A DNA stretch of 64,000 bases from Rebecca billardiae RCC1528 (GCA_965240325.2 OZ251232.1:310001-374000); one strand, 5' to 3'. Positions 36,711 through 48,093 are shown, counted from the first letter of the stretch. Numbers and translations: made by a program. Notes: generated by a model from the sequence alone, not told the origin.

Positions 36711-37219
36711 CAGGCCATCGCGGGCAATAAGGAGCTGTCACGTTAAGAAACTGGGGCTTGCTATCTGCGGATCTGGCCTAGAAACTGAGGCTAGCGATTG
36801 GCTGGTTCGCTATACGCATAGTCACACTAAGAAACCGGGACTACGTCGTCCCGCGGCTGACGAGTGGTCCGCCGAGGGGCGAGGCGCAGTCGGCCCGTCG
36901 GGGACGCGGCGCGCGGCCCGACTACGAGTACAGGCCAAGTCCCGACTTCTCCTGATGACTGACTCCTGGCCAGTGCACCGCAGCATCCATGCAACATCAT
37001 GCCAGATTTGCTCCAAAAAGGCCCAAAATTTTCGTCGGCCTCGCCGGCCGGGCCTAAAGACTCAGCGGGGGGCTCTGCCCCCCTGGGCCCCCCGCGCCTG
37101 CGCGGCGGGCGGACCTAGCTAAGAAACTGAGACTCCGTAGGCGCTCGGGCTCCCGAACGGCTAAGAAACTGAGGCTAGCCGTGAGATCTGTCTGACTTCT
37201 TATTGCCCGCGATTGCCTG
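36711..37219. mobile_element. Tc1/mariner-type MITE (family D), 509 bp
   Basis: TIR CAGGC(C/A)ATCGCGGGCAATAAG; TA on both sides; internal repeated AAGAAAC/TAGAAAC motif. Confidence 0.85.
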
Positions 37220-38017
37220 TATATGAGAAAATTAAAAGCTGCGCGGGTGAGTAAGTGCGCCGCCCAGTGGCAGTGCCACCCGGACTGTGAATTAGTGTAG
37301 ACCGCTAGTATAGAGACTGCCTCTATAATCTGTGGAGATCCGCGGTCCCTGACCGGGAGAGTCCTGCTGGCTGAGTGGCTGATATGCTCGTAAGCGCACG
37401 CACCCACGGCAGCTCCCCGGTTCGGCCCGCCTCACGGCGGCGGCGGGACCAGCCACGGCATTGGGCGGGACGACACCGCGGAAGATGACCGGAACCGTCC
37501 GCGCTGCGCGCAGTCCGCCGTGATTTCCGTAGTTATATATATAATAATTCGATCGAATATTTGCCGTCACGCGGCAGCAGTGGCAGTCTGACATCCGGAC
37601 CTGCACCATCCGGCCCTCGCTCGGGGCACAGCAGGGCCATGCGAGCCGCGCAGCGCGCAGGTGGACCGCGCTCCAGCAGCTCAAGGCCGCGCTCAAGCTA
37701 ATTACTCGATCGGCGGCCGGGACCCCCGGGTCCGGGCCGGCAGCGGCTATGTCTCTGCCACCAACGCCGACTTCGTGTCGACGATCGGGCACTGCCGCCG
37801 ACGAATCATATCAGGAGACCCGCGTCGTCCTACCTGTGTCGTTAAATCATAGAATGAGTCTGGCAGATCGCGTAAAAAAAAACATGATGAGATCATGCGC
37901 GGCCGTGACTGCGACGGCTCTCGAGCTGCGGCCTCTAGTCTCTACGGTGCGGAGAGCCGTCCGTCGCGCATGCAAGCCGTGTTCGGTCACAGGCCGTGCG
38001 GGTTGACAGGGGCCAGG

Positions 38018-38998
38018 CTACGCCACCGGGTTGGCCAGAGCCGCGCGGTGGAGCACGATGCGCGCGTCCGAGCGCTGCATCATGGCGCGGTAGGCTGCGA
38101 TCTCGTCGTCTTCGTCGTCATCGTCGGCCATCATGAACATGTCGGGACCGAGGGTGCGCTGGCGGCGGCGTGTAGCGCGGCGAGCGATGGCACCGTCACG
38201 CAGGGCGCTGAAATCGTCGCCACCGACGGTGAAGCGAAGCGGCATCGCGGGGGCGCGTGGCGCCGCCTCTGGCGAGCCGTCGTCCGCTGCGCGCGATCCA
38301 AAGCGCGCGCGTGCCGGCGGCGTCCGCGGTGAGCGCGCCGATCGCGGCGAGGTGCGCAGCCCGGCGATTTCGCGCTGCGTGAGCGAGCGCAGTGTCGGCC
38401 GAAACGAGCGTCGAGGGAACCGTGCCGAAGCCTGTGGCGATGGGCAGCCCGACGAGTCGTCGCTCGCCCGTGTCTCGCCCGCGGCGCTTGCTGTGCTCGA
38501 GCGGCACGACCGCATGCCGCCGCGCGCGCTCACGACGAGGGAGGCTGCGACGAGGGCCTGCACGGAGCCGTCGTCTGCGAAGACGGGCCCGATGACCAGG
38601 TGGTGCTGAAGCGGCGTGCGCGTGCTCGTCGTGTAGTTCGTCGCGGTGCCGCAGTCCAGCCACTGCGAGAGCGCGCCATCCGCGGCGCTCGCCGCGTGCA
38701 GCTTGTCGCGCACGGCGGAGTTCGAGCTCTGATCGCCCGCGATCACGTCGAGTGTGCTGCCCACGGCCGCGTGCGCATCGACCTCCCACGTGCGGCACCA
38801 CGCGTCGTTCGCCGCGCGGATCACGTAGGGCGGCTCGGGCGACGTCACGACGCAGCACACGCGCAGCGGCTCGTCGGCGCGCGCTCCGGCCGATGCGCCG
38901 TCCTGCTGTGCCGGCGGCGGGACAGCAGCCTTGAGGATGGGCAGCGCCGGGGCATACAGCTCGGGGTTGATGGGTGGCACCGTGTCGGAGGCCGCCAT
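38018..38998 (-). CDS. LOV-like PAS domain protein, paralogue 2
   Basis: First ATG at 38998. CCVVTSPEPPYVIRAANDAWCRTW..AVGSTLDVIAG..WLDCG..TNY..HHLVIGPV. Confidence 0.83.
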   Translation of the reverse strand: MAASDTVPPINPELYAPALPILKAAVPPPAQQDGASAGARADEPLRVCCVVTSPEPPYVIRAANDAWCRTWEVDAHAAVGSTLDVIAGDQSSNSAVRDKLHAASAADGALSQWLDCGTATNYTTSTRTPLQHHLVIGPVFADDGSVQALVAASLVVSARGGMRSCRSSTASAAGETRASDDSSGCPSPQASARFPRRSFRPTLRSLTQREIAGLRTSPRSARSPRTPPARARFGSRAADDGSPEAAPRAPAMPLRFTVGGDDFSALRDGAIARRATRRRQRTLGPDMFMMADDDDEDDEIAAYRAMMQRSDARIVLHRAALANPVA

Positions 38999-39679
38999 GC
39001 CGTTGCTTTCGGCGGCCGATTCCCCGGTGGCTGATGCGGGCGCGGGCGCCGCCCAGTGCGCGGCCAAGCAGGTCAGCGCAGCGTCCAACCAAGGTGCACT
39101 TGCTCTTGATCACGGCATCACCAACCGTCGTCGTGCCAAAGGATCCTCTAATTAGCGTGGCGGGTAGGTCGTTGAAAGCTCAATAAGTGATCTTCGGCGA
39201 GGTCGCCGAGATGATATCTCCATCAATAATCAAGCGCTCGCTTTCATTGATCAAAGGAATCCAACTTCGAATCGGCGGGATCTGTGGCACTGTTCAGGGT
39301 TCGCGCATCTTCGGCACCGCAGGTTCGAGAGCAACAGCGCTGATGACATCTCGCGCATTTTCCCGCCACGAGCCCTAGTCATTATCACGTTCAATAGGCG
39401 TTCAAATGGTGTCTGTCATTAGTTGGATTCATCTATGCCTCATTTGCAGCGCACCTCTGCGCGGGCTCTCGAAGGCATCTTCGAGAATCTCGCGGGCATC
39501 TGTGCCTTGGCGATTGAGCAGCGACGAAATCTGTCCCGCACTCCCGCCTTCGAGATTCCTCTCGGCCGCGTAATTTACCCCGCCGCCGAGGCGACTTCGT
39601 GCCCAGTGGCTGCAATACGCGTCATCAGCACCACACACCTTGAGGCCACCGCCCAGGCGTTGGGCCTCGCTCCGCAACC

Positions 39680-40744
39680 ATGTCGGAAGCCATCACGACG
39701 CGCATGATCGAGCCGGCGCTCGCGATGCTCGGCATTGACAGCGCCGATGCGCATGCGCGCGCAAGCCTCTGCTGCGTCCTCACCTCGACGAGCGCACCGC
39801 ACGTGATCCGCGCGGTCGACGACGCTTGGTGCCGCACGTGGGAGGTGCAGCCTCAGGACGCGGCGGGCAAGACACTTGAGCTCATCGCGGGCCCGCGGAG
39901 CTCGAATGGGCTCGTCGGGTCCAAGCTCGCGGCACACACGCCTCCAGCGAAGGCCGCCGCCTCGTCTAGCGCGCGCCCTGCGCCGCTCGCGACGTGGGTG
40001 GACTGCGGCAAGGCCGTCAACTACACGACGCGCTCGTGTGCATCTGTCGAGCACCACCTCGTGATCGGGCCGGTGCTCGACGAGCAGGGCCAGGTGGAGG
40101 CGCTGGTCGGCGTCTCCCGCATCCTCTCCGTCATCGACGACGCGCCCGCTGCCGCCACCTCCGCCATCGGCGCGCCCGCGCAGCCTGACGAGCCGCTCTT
40201 CGCATCCTTCATCAGCAAGCAGCCGCCCCGTGCGACTGCCCAGCTCTTCGCGACGGCGTTCTCGCGCTCGGCGACGTCGGCATCGGAGGCGTCGACGTCG
40301 AAGCGCCCGTCCGGTCGCTTCGCGCGCTTCAGCTTCAAGCCTCAGCTCCGGCGCAAGCCTGCGCGCCCCGCGGCGACGGGCACGCCCAAGATGCCGATCC
40401 GCTTCTCGCGGCGCGCGTCCGCGCGCATCGCGTCGCCGGTGAGCAGCGCGCACTCCGCGGACGACTCGGAGAGCCCGCCGCTCTCCCCGCCAGAGCGCAA
40501 CGTGTCCTACGCGGACATGCTCGCCGAGAGCGAGCGCACCCTCGCGAAGGATGAGCTCTTGTTCCGCCACATGCTGGAGCGCACGGACGTGCGCATCGTG
40601 CTCGCGAGCTTGCGCGCCTGCTCGTCGCCGAGCGCGCAGCGGGCTGCTGGGCTGCCCGTGCCGCGGGCCATGGGCGACGCGTTCAAGTTCAACCGCAGCG
40701 GTCGGATGCCCGGCGCGCCCGTCGCGCGCCGGCGGCTCTTATAG
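39680..40744 (+). CDS. LOV-like PAS domain protein, paralogue 3
   Basis: CCVLTSTSAPHVIRAVDDAWCRTW..AAGKTLELIAGP..WVDCG..VNY..HHLVIGPVLDEQGQVEALVGVSR. Confidence 0.85.
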   Translation: MSEAITTRMIEPALAMLGIDSADAHARASLCCVLTSTSAPHVIRAVDDAWCRTWEVQPQDAAGKTLELIAGPRSSNGLVGSKLAAHTPPAKAAASSSARPAPLATWVDCGKAVNYTTRSCASVEHHLVIGPVLDEQGQVEALVGVSRILSVIDDAPAAATSAIGAPAQPDEPLFASFISKQPPRATAQLFATAFSRSATSASEASTSKRPSGRFARFSFKPQLRRKPARPAATGTPKMPIRFSRRASARIASPVSSAHSADDSESPPLSPPERNVSYADMLAESERTLAKDELLFRHMLERTDVRIVLASLRACSSPSAQRAAGLPVPRAMGDAFKFNRSGRMPGAPVARRRLL

Positions 40745-41747
40745 ACGACCGCCGTCGAGCTCGTGTTGGAGGCCGGGACACGCACGGGCGACGGCCCTGG
40801 CGACTCGTTCGAATGGGCCGGACGACACCGGGGCGACGCGGACAGCGGCTGCCAGCGATCGCGGACAGCCACTGCCAGCCGTGACTCGTGAGCTGACAGG
40901 CCGGCGGATGCGCCATAGAATAGATCGAATTGTAATACGTCTGCTAATGAACTCGCGGCGCTGCCAGTCGTGCCCAGTCCGCCACCGGGCCGCAATGTAA
41001 GTCGGCAGTCACTCACTCAGTGACTCCGCCGTCGGCAGTGTCACCGTCTGTACTATATTATATATAATGACTAATGAGCCTCCGCCCGTAGTCCGTCCGG
41101 GCCGTGAATGTGAGTCATCGGGCGGTAGGCGGCGGGTAGTATAAGTAGTGTAGTACTACTGTATTCTGTAAGCACTCTATAAGCTTCTAGTGACTCACTC
41201 GCGCCGTACGTCTACTAGTATACTGCCGCTTCCGCAGACCGCGGCGGGCGGCGCAGGCGGGTCAGCGGGCGCAGCCTGCTAGTGCTTAACTGAGTACACG
41301 TGATGACGAACCGTTTATCACTATCAGCTAAATAACGCCAATATGACCGTGAACCGGGCGTAACGGCTTATTCCGCGCGGCCTGATTGTCTGAGACGAAT
41401 CAGACTGTCAGTCAAAGGGCTAGGCTGTCCGTGAGAGAGTCGGTCTGAGTCGGAGTCACTCGGATGAGGCTTCACAGTAGACGGTGTCGCCGCGTATAGC
41501 ATCTGATTGATGACTAGCTAGTAGACGACCCGTATCTCAGAGTCTCAGACATTTATCAATCGTCAGTCTCACACATTAAATCTCTGAGACTGAGATCGCG
41601 GAATAATATATATTATATTATTAATTATATATTATATTCTTCTGCTAATACAGTCTAGTCAGAAGTCAGAGCCTTTACCTTAGCACTCATCATCAACATC
41701 ATCGTCACCGCGCACACGATCGACACACATTCACACGAATAACTACG

Positions 41748-43622
41748 TCACAGCGCAGGCTTCGTCAGGTTGAAGACCAGCGTGGACAGTCGGTCCTCCG
41801 CGCGCGCCAGGTCGGCTGCAGTGAGCACCGCCGGCTCCACCAGCCCCGGCGCGACGCTCGCTGCCAAGTCGTCGGCTCCTGGCGTCGCCTCGTCCGCCGC
41901 GCCGCTGGCGCCGCCGGCTTGCAAGGCAGTTCGCCCGCTCCCGCCCCCGGCGGAGCCCCCGCCGTCCGCCGCGCCCTCGCCGCTCGCGGGCGCGTCCTCC
42001 GCGCCGAGCATGCGGTCGATCACGCGCCTGGCGATGTCCTTGATCACCGAGCCGCCGGCGGACACGTCGGCGCCGGACGGCGCGTCCGGCCCGGGGTCGA
42101 TGCCCGCGGGCGTGAGGCGCGAGGAGCAGTGCACCATGTCCGAGAGCTTCGAGATCGCCCCCTTTTCGCCTCCCTCCATCGCCCGCCACGCGCACGCGAG
42201 GAAGACGGACGCGTTGCCCAGCAACGGCGGCGCGGCCTCGAGCGACGAGCCCGCGTACACGCGCGCGCGCATCGCCATGAGGACCTGCTGCAGCATGCAC
42301 TGCTCCGACGCGGCGTTGAAGCCCTTCGGCCCGTCGCGCGCTAAGCGCACGCGCGCCAGCTCCGCCTCGCTCGAGCCGCGCACGTACAGCTCGGGCAGCC
42401 TCCCCTCGTCCAGCACGGTCGCCGTCAGGTTGGCCAGCAGCCCCGGGTCTTCGTGCTTCGTCACCACCACGTCCACGACGAGCTCGAGCGGCTCGGCGGC
42501 GGGGGTGGCGGGCTCGGCGTGCGCGCCCGGGGCGCTGGGCGCCCCCGCCGCCCCGCCCGCCGCCCCCGGCTTGCCCACGACCCCTCCGCCCGCCCCGCCG
42601 TCGCCGCCGCCGCCCTCGTCGCCGCCGCCGTGCTTGTGCCGCCTGCTGTGCCGCGCGCCCAGCAGCTGCGGCCGCGAGCTGTCAGCCGCGGCGGCGGCGG
42701 CGGCGGCGACGTCGGCGGCGGAAGCGACGCGGCGGACGAGCGCGGGGCGCGCGGAGACCTGCGCGATCGACACGAGCTCCCCCGCCGGCGCGTTCGCCAG
42801 CCCGCCCACCAGCAGCTCGGTCGAGACGGGCGGCAGGCTCGCGAGCAGCGGCATGGCCCTGAGGGTCTGCGTGAGCGTGATCGACACGTGCAGCCGCTCG
42901 GGGGAGGCCCAGTGGATCTTGAGGGAGTGCGAGAGGGCGCCGGCGTCGACGTGCACCGCGAGGCGCTGCCCGCAGCCGCACCGCCTCTCCCGCGCCGCCA
43001 GCGCCTCGCCCTTCTCCTCCTCCGTCAGCGGCGGCGGCGGCGGCTGGTTGAGCGACACGCCCACCGCCAGCTTGAGCGGCACGGAGAGCGGCAGCCCGAA
43101 GAAGGCCGAGGTGCTCGCCGCGCCGTGGAGGGTGAGCGCGATGCGGTCGTCCTGGAACCTCGCCGACGGCGCGCCCCGCCCGTCCCCCGGCCCGTTGATC
43201 GCGCGCGTTGCCAGCTCGCCCAGCGCGCTCGCGTTGATCACCTCGACCAGCGCGGACACGTTCCACACGTGCTCGCCGTGCGCCACCTCTTGCGCGGGGA
43301 TGCGCATGCGCACCATCGGCTTGTCGATGGTCTGCAAGTCGCTCACGTCGATCAGCAGCGGGTCAGCGCGCACGCGCACCTTCGACGGCGAGTACACGCG
43401 CATGATCGCGTTGACGCGCACGAGCTCGGCGCAGAGCGGCCCGACGTCGACCTCGACGAGCGTGATCGAGAGGCAAGGCACGATCTGCAGCAGAGCGGCG
43501 AGGGCGTAGAGCACGTACGCGACCAGCGGGACCGTGAGGTAGCAGCAGACCACGCCCGGCGCGGGCAAGCGTCGTCTGAGCTGCTGCCACTTTTCGGTGC
43601 CCGCGCGGCCGTCGACCGCCAT
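41748..43622 (-). CDS. Hypothetical protein with N-terminal TM helix followed by a beta-rich (LEA2-like?) region
   Basis: Long ORF with GC3-biased codons from the ATG at 43622; hydrophobic VVCCYLTVPLVAYVLYALAALLQIV; domain call tentative. Confidence 0.65.
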   Translation of the reverse strand: MAVDGRAGTEKWQQLRRRLPAPGVVCCYLTVPLVAYVLYALAALLQIVPCLSITLVEVDVGPLCAELVRVNAIMRVYSPSKVRVRADPLLIDVSDLQTIDKPMVRMRIPAQEVAHGEHVWNVSALVEVINASALGELATRAINGPGDGRGAPSARFQDDRIALTLHGAASTSAFFGLPLSVPLKLAVGVSLNQPPPPPLTEEEKGEALAARERRCGCGQRLAVHVDAGALSHSLKIHWASPERLHVSITLTQTLRAMPLLASLPPVSTELLVGGLANAPAGELVSIAQVSARPALVRRVASAADVAAAAAAAADSSRPQLLGARHSRRHKHGGGDEGGGGDGGAGGGVVGKPGAAGGAAGAPSAPGAHAEPATPAAEPLELVVDVVVTKHEDPGLLANLTATVLDEGRLPELYVRGSSEAELARVRLARDGPKGFNAASEQCMLQQVLMAMRARVYAGSSLEAAPPLLGNASVFLACAWRAMEGGEKGAISKLSDMVHCSSRLTPAGIDPGPDAPSGADVSAGGSVIKDIARRVIDRMLGAEDAPASGEGAADGGGSAGGGSGRTALQAGGASGAADEATPGADDLAASVAPGLVEPAVLTAADLARAEDRLSTLVFNLTKPAL

Positions 43623-44060
43623 GATGGCGAGCTCTTCGCGTCGAAAATTGGTCAGCACGATCGAGATCATGATTCTCACCGGTGAGACTGGCCAGCAGAT
43701 TTCACCCCTTGGTGGCCTCCCCCCGCCACCCCAGCCGCCAACCGCGGCCGCGCCGTCGGACGGGCCCGAGGTGCAACAGGCCAGGCCGGCGCTCGGAGAG
43801 TCCAACTACCGCCTGGTCCTGCCCCCCGGCGCCGCGGCAGCCGGCAAGCGCGCGGCGACCGAGCCGTCCACGCCGGCGGAGGAGGATGGGCCCTCCTCCG
43901 CTGGCGGGAGCGACGCCAAGCCGGCCAAGCAGGCTCGCACCGCGTCCCTCGGCGACCCCCCCCGTGACCTGGCTGCCGCCGTGCCGCAGTCGCTGGCGTA
44001 GAGCCGCGCGCGGCGCTGGCGCGCCAGACGCGCCCGGTTGGGCAGCGCAGGCACCCTCAG

Positions 44061-44181
44061 CGGCCAGGACGACGACTTCCTCAACGGCAAGGGCGACGAC
44101 TTCCTCTGCGGCCAGGGCGACGACTTCCTCAACGGCAAGGACGACGACTTCCTCAACGGCAAGGGCGACTACTCCCTCAAC
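44061..44181 (+). repeat. 24-bp minisatellite, ~5 copies
   Basis: (C)GGC(A/C)AGG(G/A)CGACGACTTCCTCAA unit. Confidence 0.85.
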
Positions 44182-44555
44182 TCGGCAAGGCCACTAGGCC
44201 GCGCACACCGGCCCGGGCGACCACATCCACTACCTGCACTACGGCATCAACTTGAACAGCCTCGGACGACGACGACGCGGGCAACTACATGATGACCAAG
44301 GCCGACGACGACTGCAAAACAGCGGCATCCCCGGGCGCCTACTACCTCAGTGACCGTGTGATCAGCATCGGTTACGACGACTCCCTCACCCGCGGCCAAC
44401 GCGCTCCGACATCCTCCATTAACTCCATTCAGTACTTCGACAGACGAATCAGGAGAGCTGCGCCCTCGTGCCTGTGTCTTTAAATCATAGAATTGGTCCG
44501 GCGGACCCAGCGCACACGTACCATACGTACGTCGCTCCTCGAGGCGCCTGTCACG

Positions 44556-44897
44556 ATGGCGTCGAGAGCGTGGGCGGGCTGTCGCAACATCCTGCACGTC
44601 AACTTCTCAGGGAGGTACGTCCGCCTACAGGTGCGGCACAAGGACACAAACCATATCTTCCTCTCGAGCCAGACGCTCGAGCGTTGCTTCATGGAGAACA
44701 TGCGCGTGCGCTCCGACAAGCGCGCCGCTCGTGCTGCTGCCCTGGTCCTCAGCCAGCGCGCCGCCCAAGTGGGCGTCACAGCTGTGCGGCCGGCGCAGGA
44801 GATCCGATATCATGGAAAGTACAAGGAGGTCGTTGATTGCCTCAACGAGAATGGCGTGAAGGTGCTCAAGCCGATTCCCCCGACGGCGGCGGCATGA
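44556..44897 (+). CDS. Organellar (probably mitochondrial) ribosomal protein uL18
   Basis: LHVNFSGRYVRLQV..SSQTLE..SDKRAARAAALVLSQRAAQVGV..RYHGKYKEVVDCLNENGV fits bacterial-type L18. Confidence 0.82.
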   Translation: MASRAWAGCRNILHVNFSGRYVRLQVRHKDTNHIFLSSQTLERCFMENMRVRSDKRAARAAALVLSQRAAQVGVTAVRPAQEIRYHGKYKEVVDCLNENGVKVLKPIPPTAAA

Positions 44898-45127
44898 CAG
44901 CTCGTGTCCCGCGACCGCGCCGTTCCGCTTTCTGTCCATGATGATGATGTCCATGACCGTCACCGATCACATGCCACGGTCTATTCCATCACTAAAGTTG
45001 CGCGCATCATAGTGACGCCTGACGCCTGGGCTACACGGCGCAACAGCCCCGCACGCCGGCGGTATCACCGACGACATATAGCTCATCGTCATCGTCGGCC
45101 GGAGTCGTCAGTGTCCTTCCTGATGCT

Positions 45128-47812
45128 TTACTGCTGATGACTCTGAGACTGATGCTTGCCGGCACCGCTGCCACTCGTCACGAACGGGTGCTTGAGCGCG
45201 GCGGCGGGCGTGAGCCTGCGCGTCGGATCGAGGACGAGCAGCTTGTCCAGCAGGTCGGCGAGCAGCGCGACCTTTCGCCCCTCCGCCTCGGAGAGCTTCC
45301 CAGCGCCGAGCAGCTGCGAGCGCACGTCCTTGCCCGGCTGCGGCTCGGCGGTGAACTTGACCTCGCGGATCACGTCGCGCCCGCTCACCTGCGCGGCCGA
45401 GCGCGCGCCGGGCGGTGCGGTGCGCGGCGCTCAGCGCACGGGCGGCAATGCGGCGCGGGCGCGGGCGCGCGCAGCGCGCGCGGCGGCGCGCGCACGCGCG
45501 CGCGCGCGCACCTTGTCCTTCTCGACCGCGAGGAAGTCGCCGTCCGGCGTGAAGTGCTCCGCGGTGAACGCGCCCTTGCGCAGCATGCGCGCGGGCACGC
45601 GGCCGCGTACCTGCTGGATGGCGCGCAGCATCGCGTTGTTGCTCAGGCCCTGCGCGCGCCGGGGCGGCGCGGCGGCGGGCGGCGCGGCGAGGGGGGCTCA
45701 GCGCGCAGCGCGGGCGGCGCCCGCGCGCCGGCGCCCGCGCAGCCCACCGCGCGCGCACACCTGGAAGAGGAAGCGGCCGGTGTACAGCTCGAAGAGCGTG
45801 ACCGCCGCCGACCACGTGTCGACCGGCGGGCCGTAGTGCAGCCCGATCATCACCTCGGGCGCGCGGTAGAAGCGGCTCTGCAGCAGCGGCGTGACCTCGA
45901 CCTCGTCCGCGCCGAGCGCGCTGCCCAGGTCGCACAGCTTGCACGTCGTGTACCGCTCGTTCACCACCATGTTGTCCGGCTTGAGGTCGGCGTGGATCAC
46001 GCCGCAGCGCTCGAGGTGCCGGAGTGCGGTGAACATGTGCCGCGCGTACGTGCGCACCGCGTCCACCTGGATGCCGCGCTTGTGCCCGTGCTGCCGCAGC
46101 GCCTGGCGCAGGTTCTGGTGCATGCCCTCGAAGGCGAGGCAGAGGTGGTTCTCGTGCTCGAACGTGCCGTAGAAGTTGATGATGTGCTGCCGCTCCAGCG
46201 CCTCGCGCTCCTCCGCCTCGCCAGCCGGGCCGCTCGCGCTGCGCTCGGCGGCCGGCTTGTCCGGCCCCGCGCGCAGCCGCTCGAGCACAGCCGCCTCCTT
46301 CTCGCCCGCGCGGCGCATCATCTCGTTGTTCCGGATGATCTTGATCGCGACGAAGGAGGAGGCCGCGCCCGCGGGCCCGCCGCTCTGCCGCAGGTCGACG
46401 CACTTCACCACGCTCGAGAACACGCCGCGGCCGTACTGCGCCACCACCTGGTAGCGGCCGTCCAGCACGTCGCCCGTGCGGTGCACGTAGTAGCCCTCCA
46501 CGTCGTCGTACGAGTCGCCGCGGTCGCGCTGCGCGGCGGCGGCGGCGGCGGTGGCGCCGGGCGCGCGCAGCGCGGCGGCGCGGACGGGCGAGTCCGTGAA
46601 CATGTCGAAGCCGCCGCCGCCGCCTTCGCCAGCATCCGCGCCGCCGCCGGCCGGCCCGGACGAGGGCGCCGCCTGCGCCGGCGGCGGTGGCCGCGGCGGC
46701 GGCGCGTTGGCCGACGCGCCGCCGCCTGCGGCAGCGCCCAGCGCACCGTCTGCGCCGCGCTCCTCCTCCTGCCGCTGGCGCTGCTCGAGCACAAAGCTGC
46801 GCAGCGCCGCCTCGCTCTCGCGCCGCGCCCACTCCGCCTCGCCCAGCTCCTCCCGGGTGGCAGCGCGCGCCGGCTGGGGCTCGGCCGCCTCCGCCTCCGC
46901 CTCCGCCTCCGCCTCCGCCTCCGCCTCCGCCTCCGCCTCCGCCTCCGCCTCCGCCTCCGCCTCGGCCTCCGCCTCCGCCTCCGCCCCCTCCGGCTGCGGG
47001 CCGCTGCCCTCGCTCTCGCTGCCACTGCGGACAGCGCACGGCTCGGCCGCGCCCGGCTGCGTGGCATGCGCGGCGGCGGCGGCGGCGGCGGCAGGGGGCG
47101 CTGGCACGGGCGCACGCGCGGCGGGCGCGGCGGGCGCCGCGCGCGGCGGCGGCGGCTGCGTCTGCTCCCCTCGCGCTGGCTGCGGCTGCTGCTGGTGTCT
47201 AGACACGATGGCCGCGCGCCTGCGCCGAGCCTCCTCGCGCTTGCGCGCGGCGGTCTCCTCGTCGTCCTCCTCGTCGGCGCCGGCCGCGCGCCGCTCGAGC
47301 TGCTCGGCGACACGCCGCCTCCACGCCTCCTCGTCCTCCTGCTCGTCCGCGCGCCGCCCCGCTCCTTGCGCGCCCGCAGCGCGCACTGGCTCGCGCTCGA
47401 CGCTGCGCGCGCGCTGCGAGCCCGGAGGCGGCGGCGGCGGCGGCGCGTCGCGGCGGTGCTCGCGCTCGCGCTCGTGTGGCGGGCCAGGGCGCGAGCCGAA
47501 CGCACCTGCGTCGTCCCCGCCACGCGGCGGCGGCGGCGGCGGCCCTCGCCGCCCCTCCCACTCCCGCGCGCGCGGCGGGGAGCGCCAGCCACCGGGCCGG
47601 TCGTCCCGACGGCGGTCTCGGTCAGGGTCGTAGCCGCGGTCGCGGTCGCGGTCGCGGTACGAGTCTCGAGCGCCTGCGCGATCGTACTCGCGGCGGCCGT
47701 ACTCCGCGGGCCCACCTCGCTCGTCCGCGCCGCGCGCGCGCTTGTAGGCCGGCGAGGGTGATCGCGACCTCACGTGTTCATCGCGGTGCCGGTGCCTGGG
47801 AGGGCCGTTCAT
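45128..47812 (-). CDS. PRP4K: Serine/threonine kinase PRP4 homologue, 3 exons
   Basis: Exons 47812-45761, 45649-45512 and 45388-45128. RD/RS-rich N-terminus, FDMF, DSYDDVEGYY, GRGVFSSVV, VAIKIIRNNEMM, HLCLAFE, HADLKPDN, SRFYRAPE and ALKHPF. Confidence 0.95.
46887..46984 (-). repeat. (GAGGCG)n coding hexamer repeat giving an (EA)n tract in PRP4K
   Basis: ~16 units of GCCTCC on the + strand. Confidence 0.93.
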
Positions 47813-48093
47813 ACCGTGCGAGGCGAGACGGACGGGAGCACGGGGTGAGCGAGCGCACGCACTCGCCGAGAGGGCGGCGGCGCACGAGAGGACCCGCGGA
47901 CCACGAGGAGAGGAGAGCGCGGCAGGCTCGTCCGCCTTCACCACGAATCCACGATGGCCGCGTGTGTTCACGCCTCCGCATCAGCTTTGATGCTCGGCAG
48001 GCCCCTTATAACGGGGGTGGACTCCATTTTTAACTTTGCGACGGCGCGAAAAGGGAAAGAGAGAGGGAGGAAGACGAGGGAGGGAAAAAGAGG

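Noticed and set aside
30899-40744. Canonical LOV photoreceptors or aureochromes
   Set aside because: No NCRFLQ cysteine, no signalling Gln and no bZIP domain
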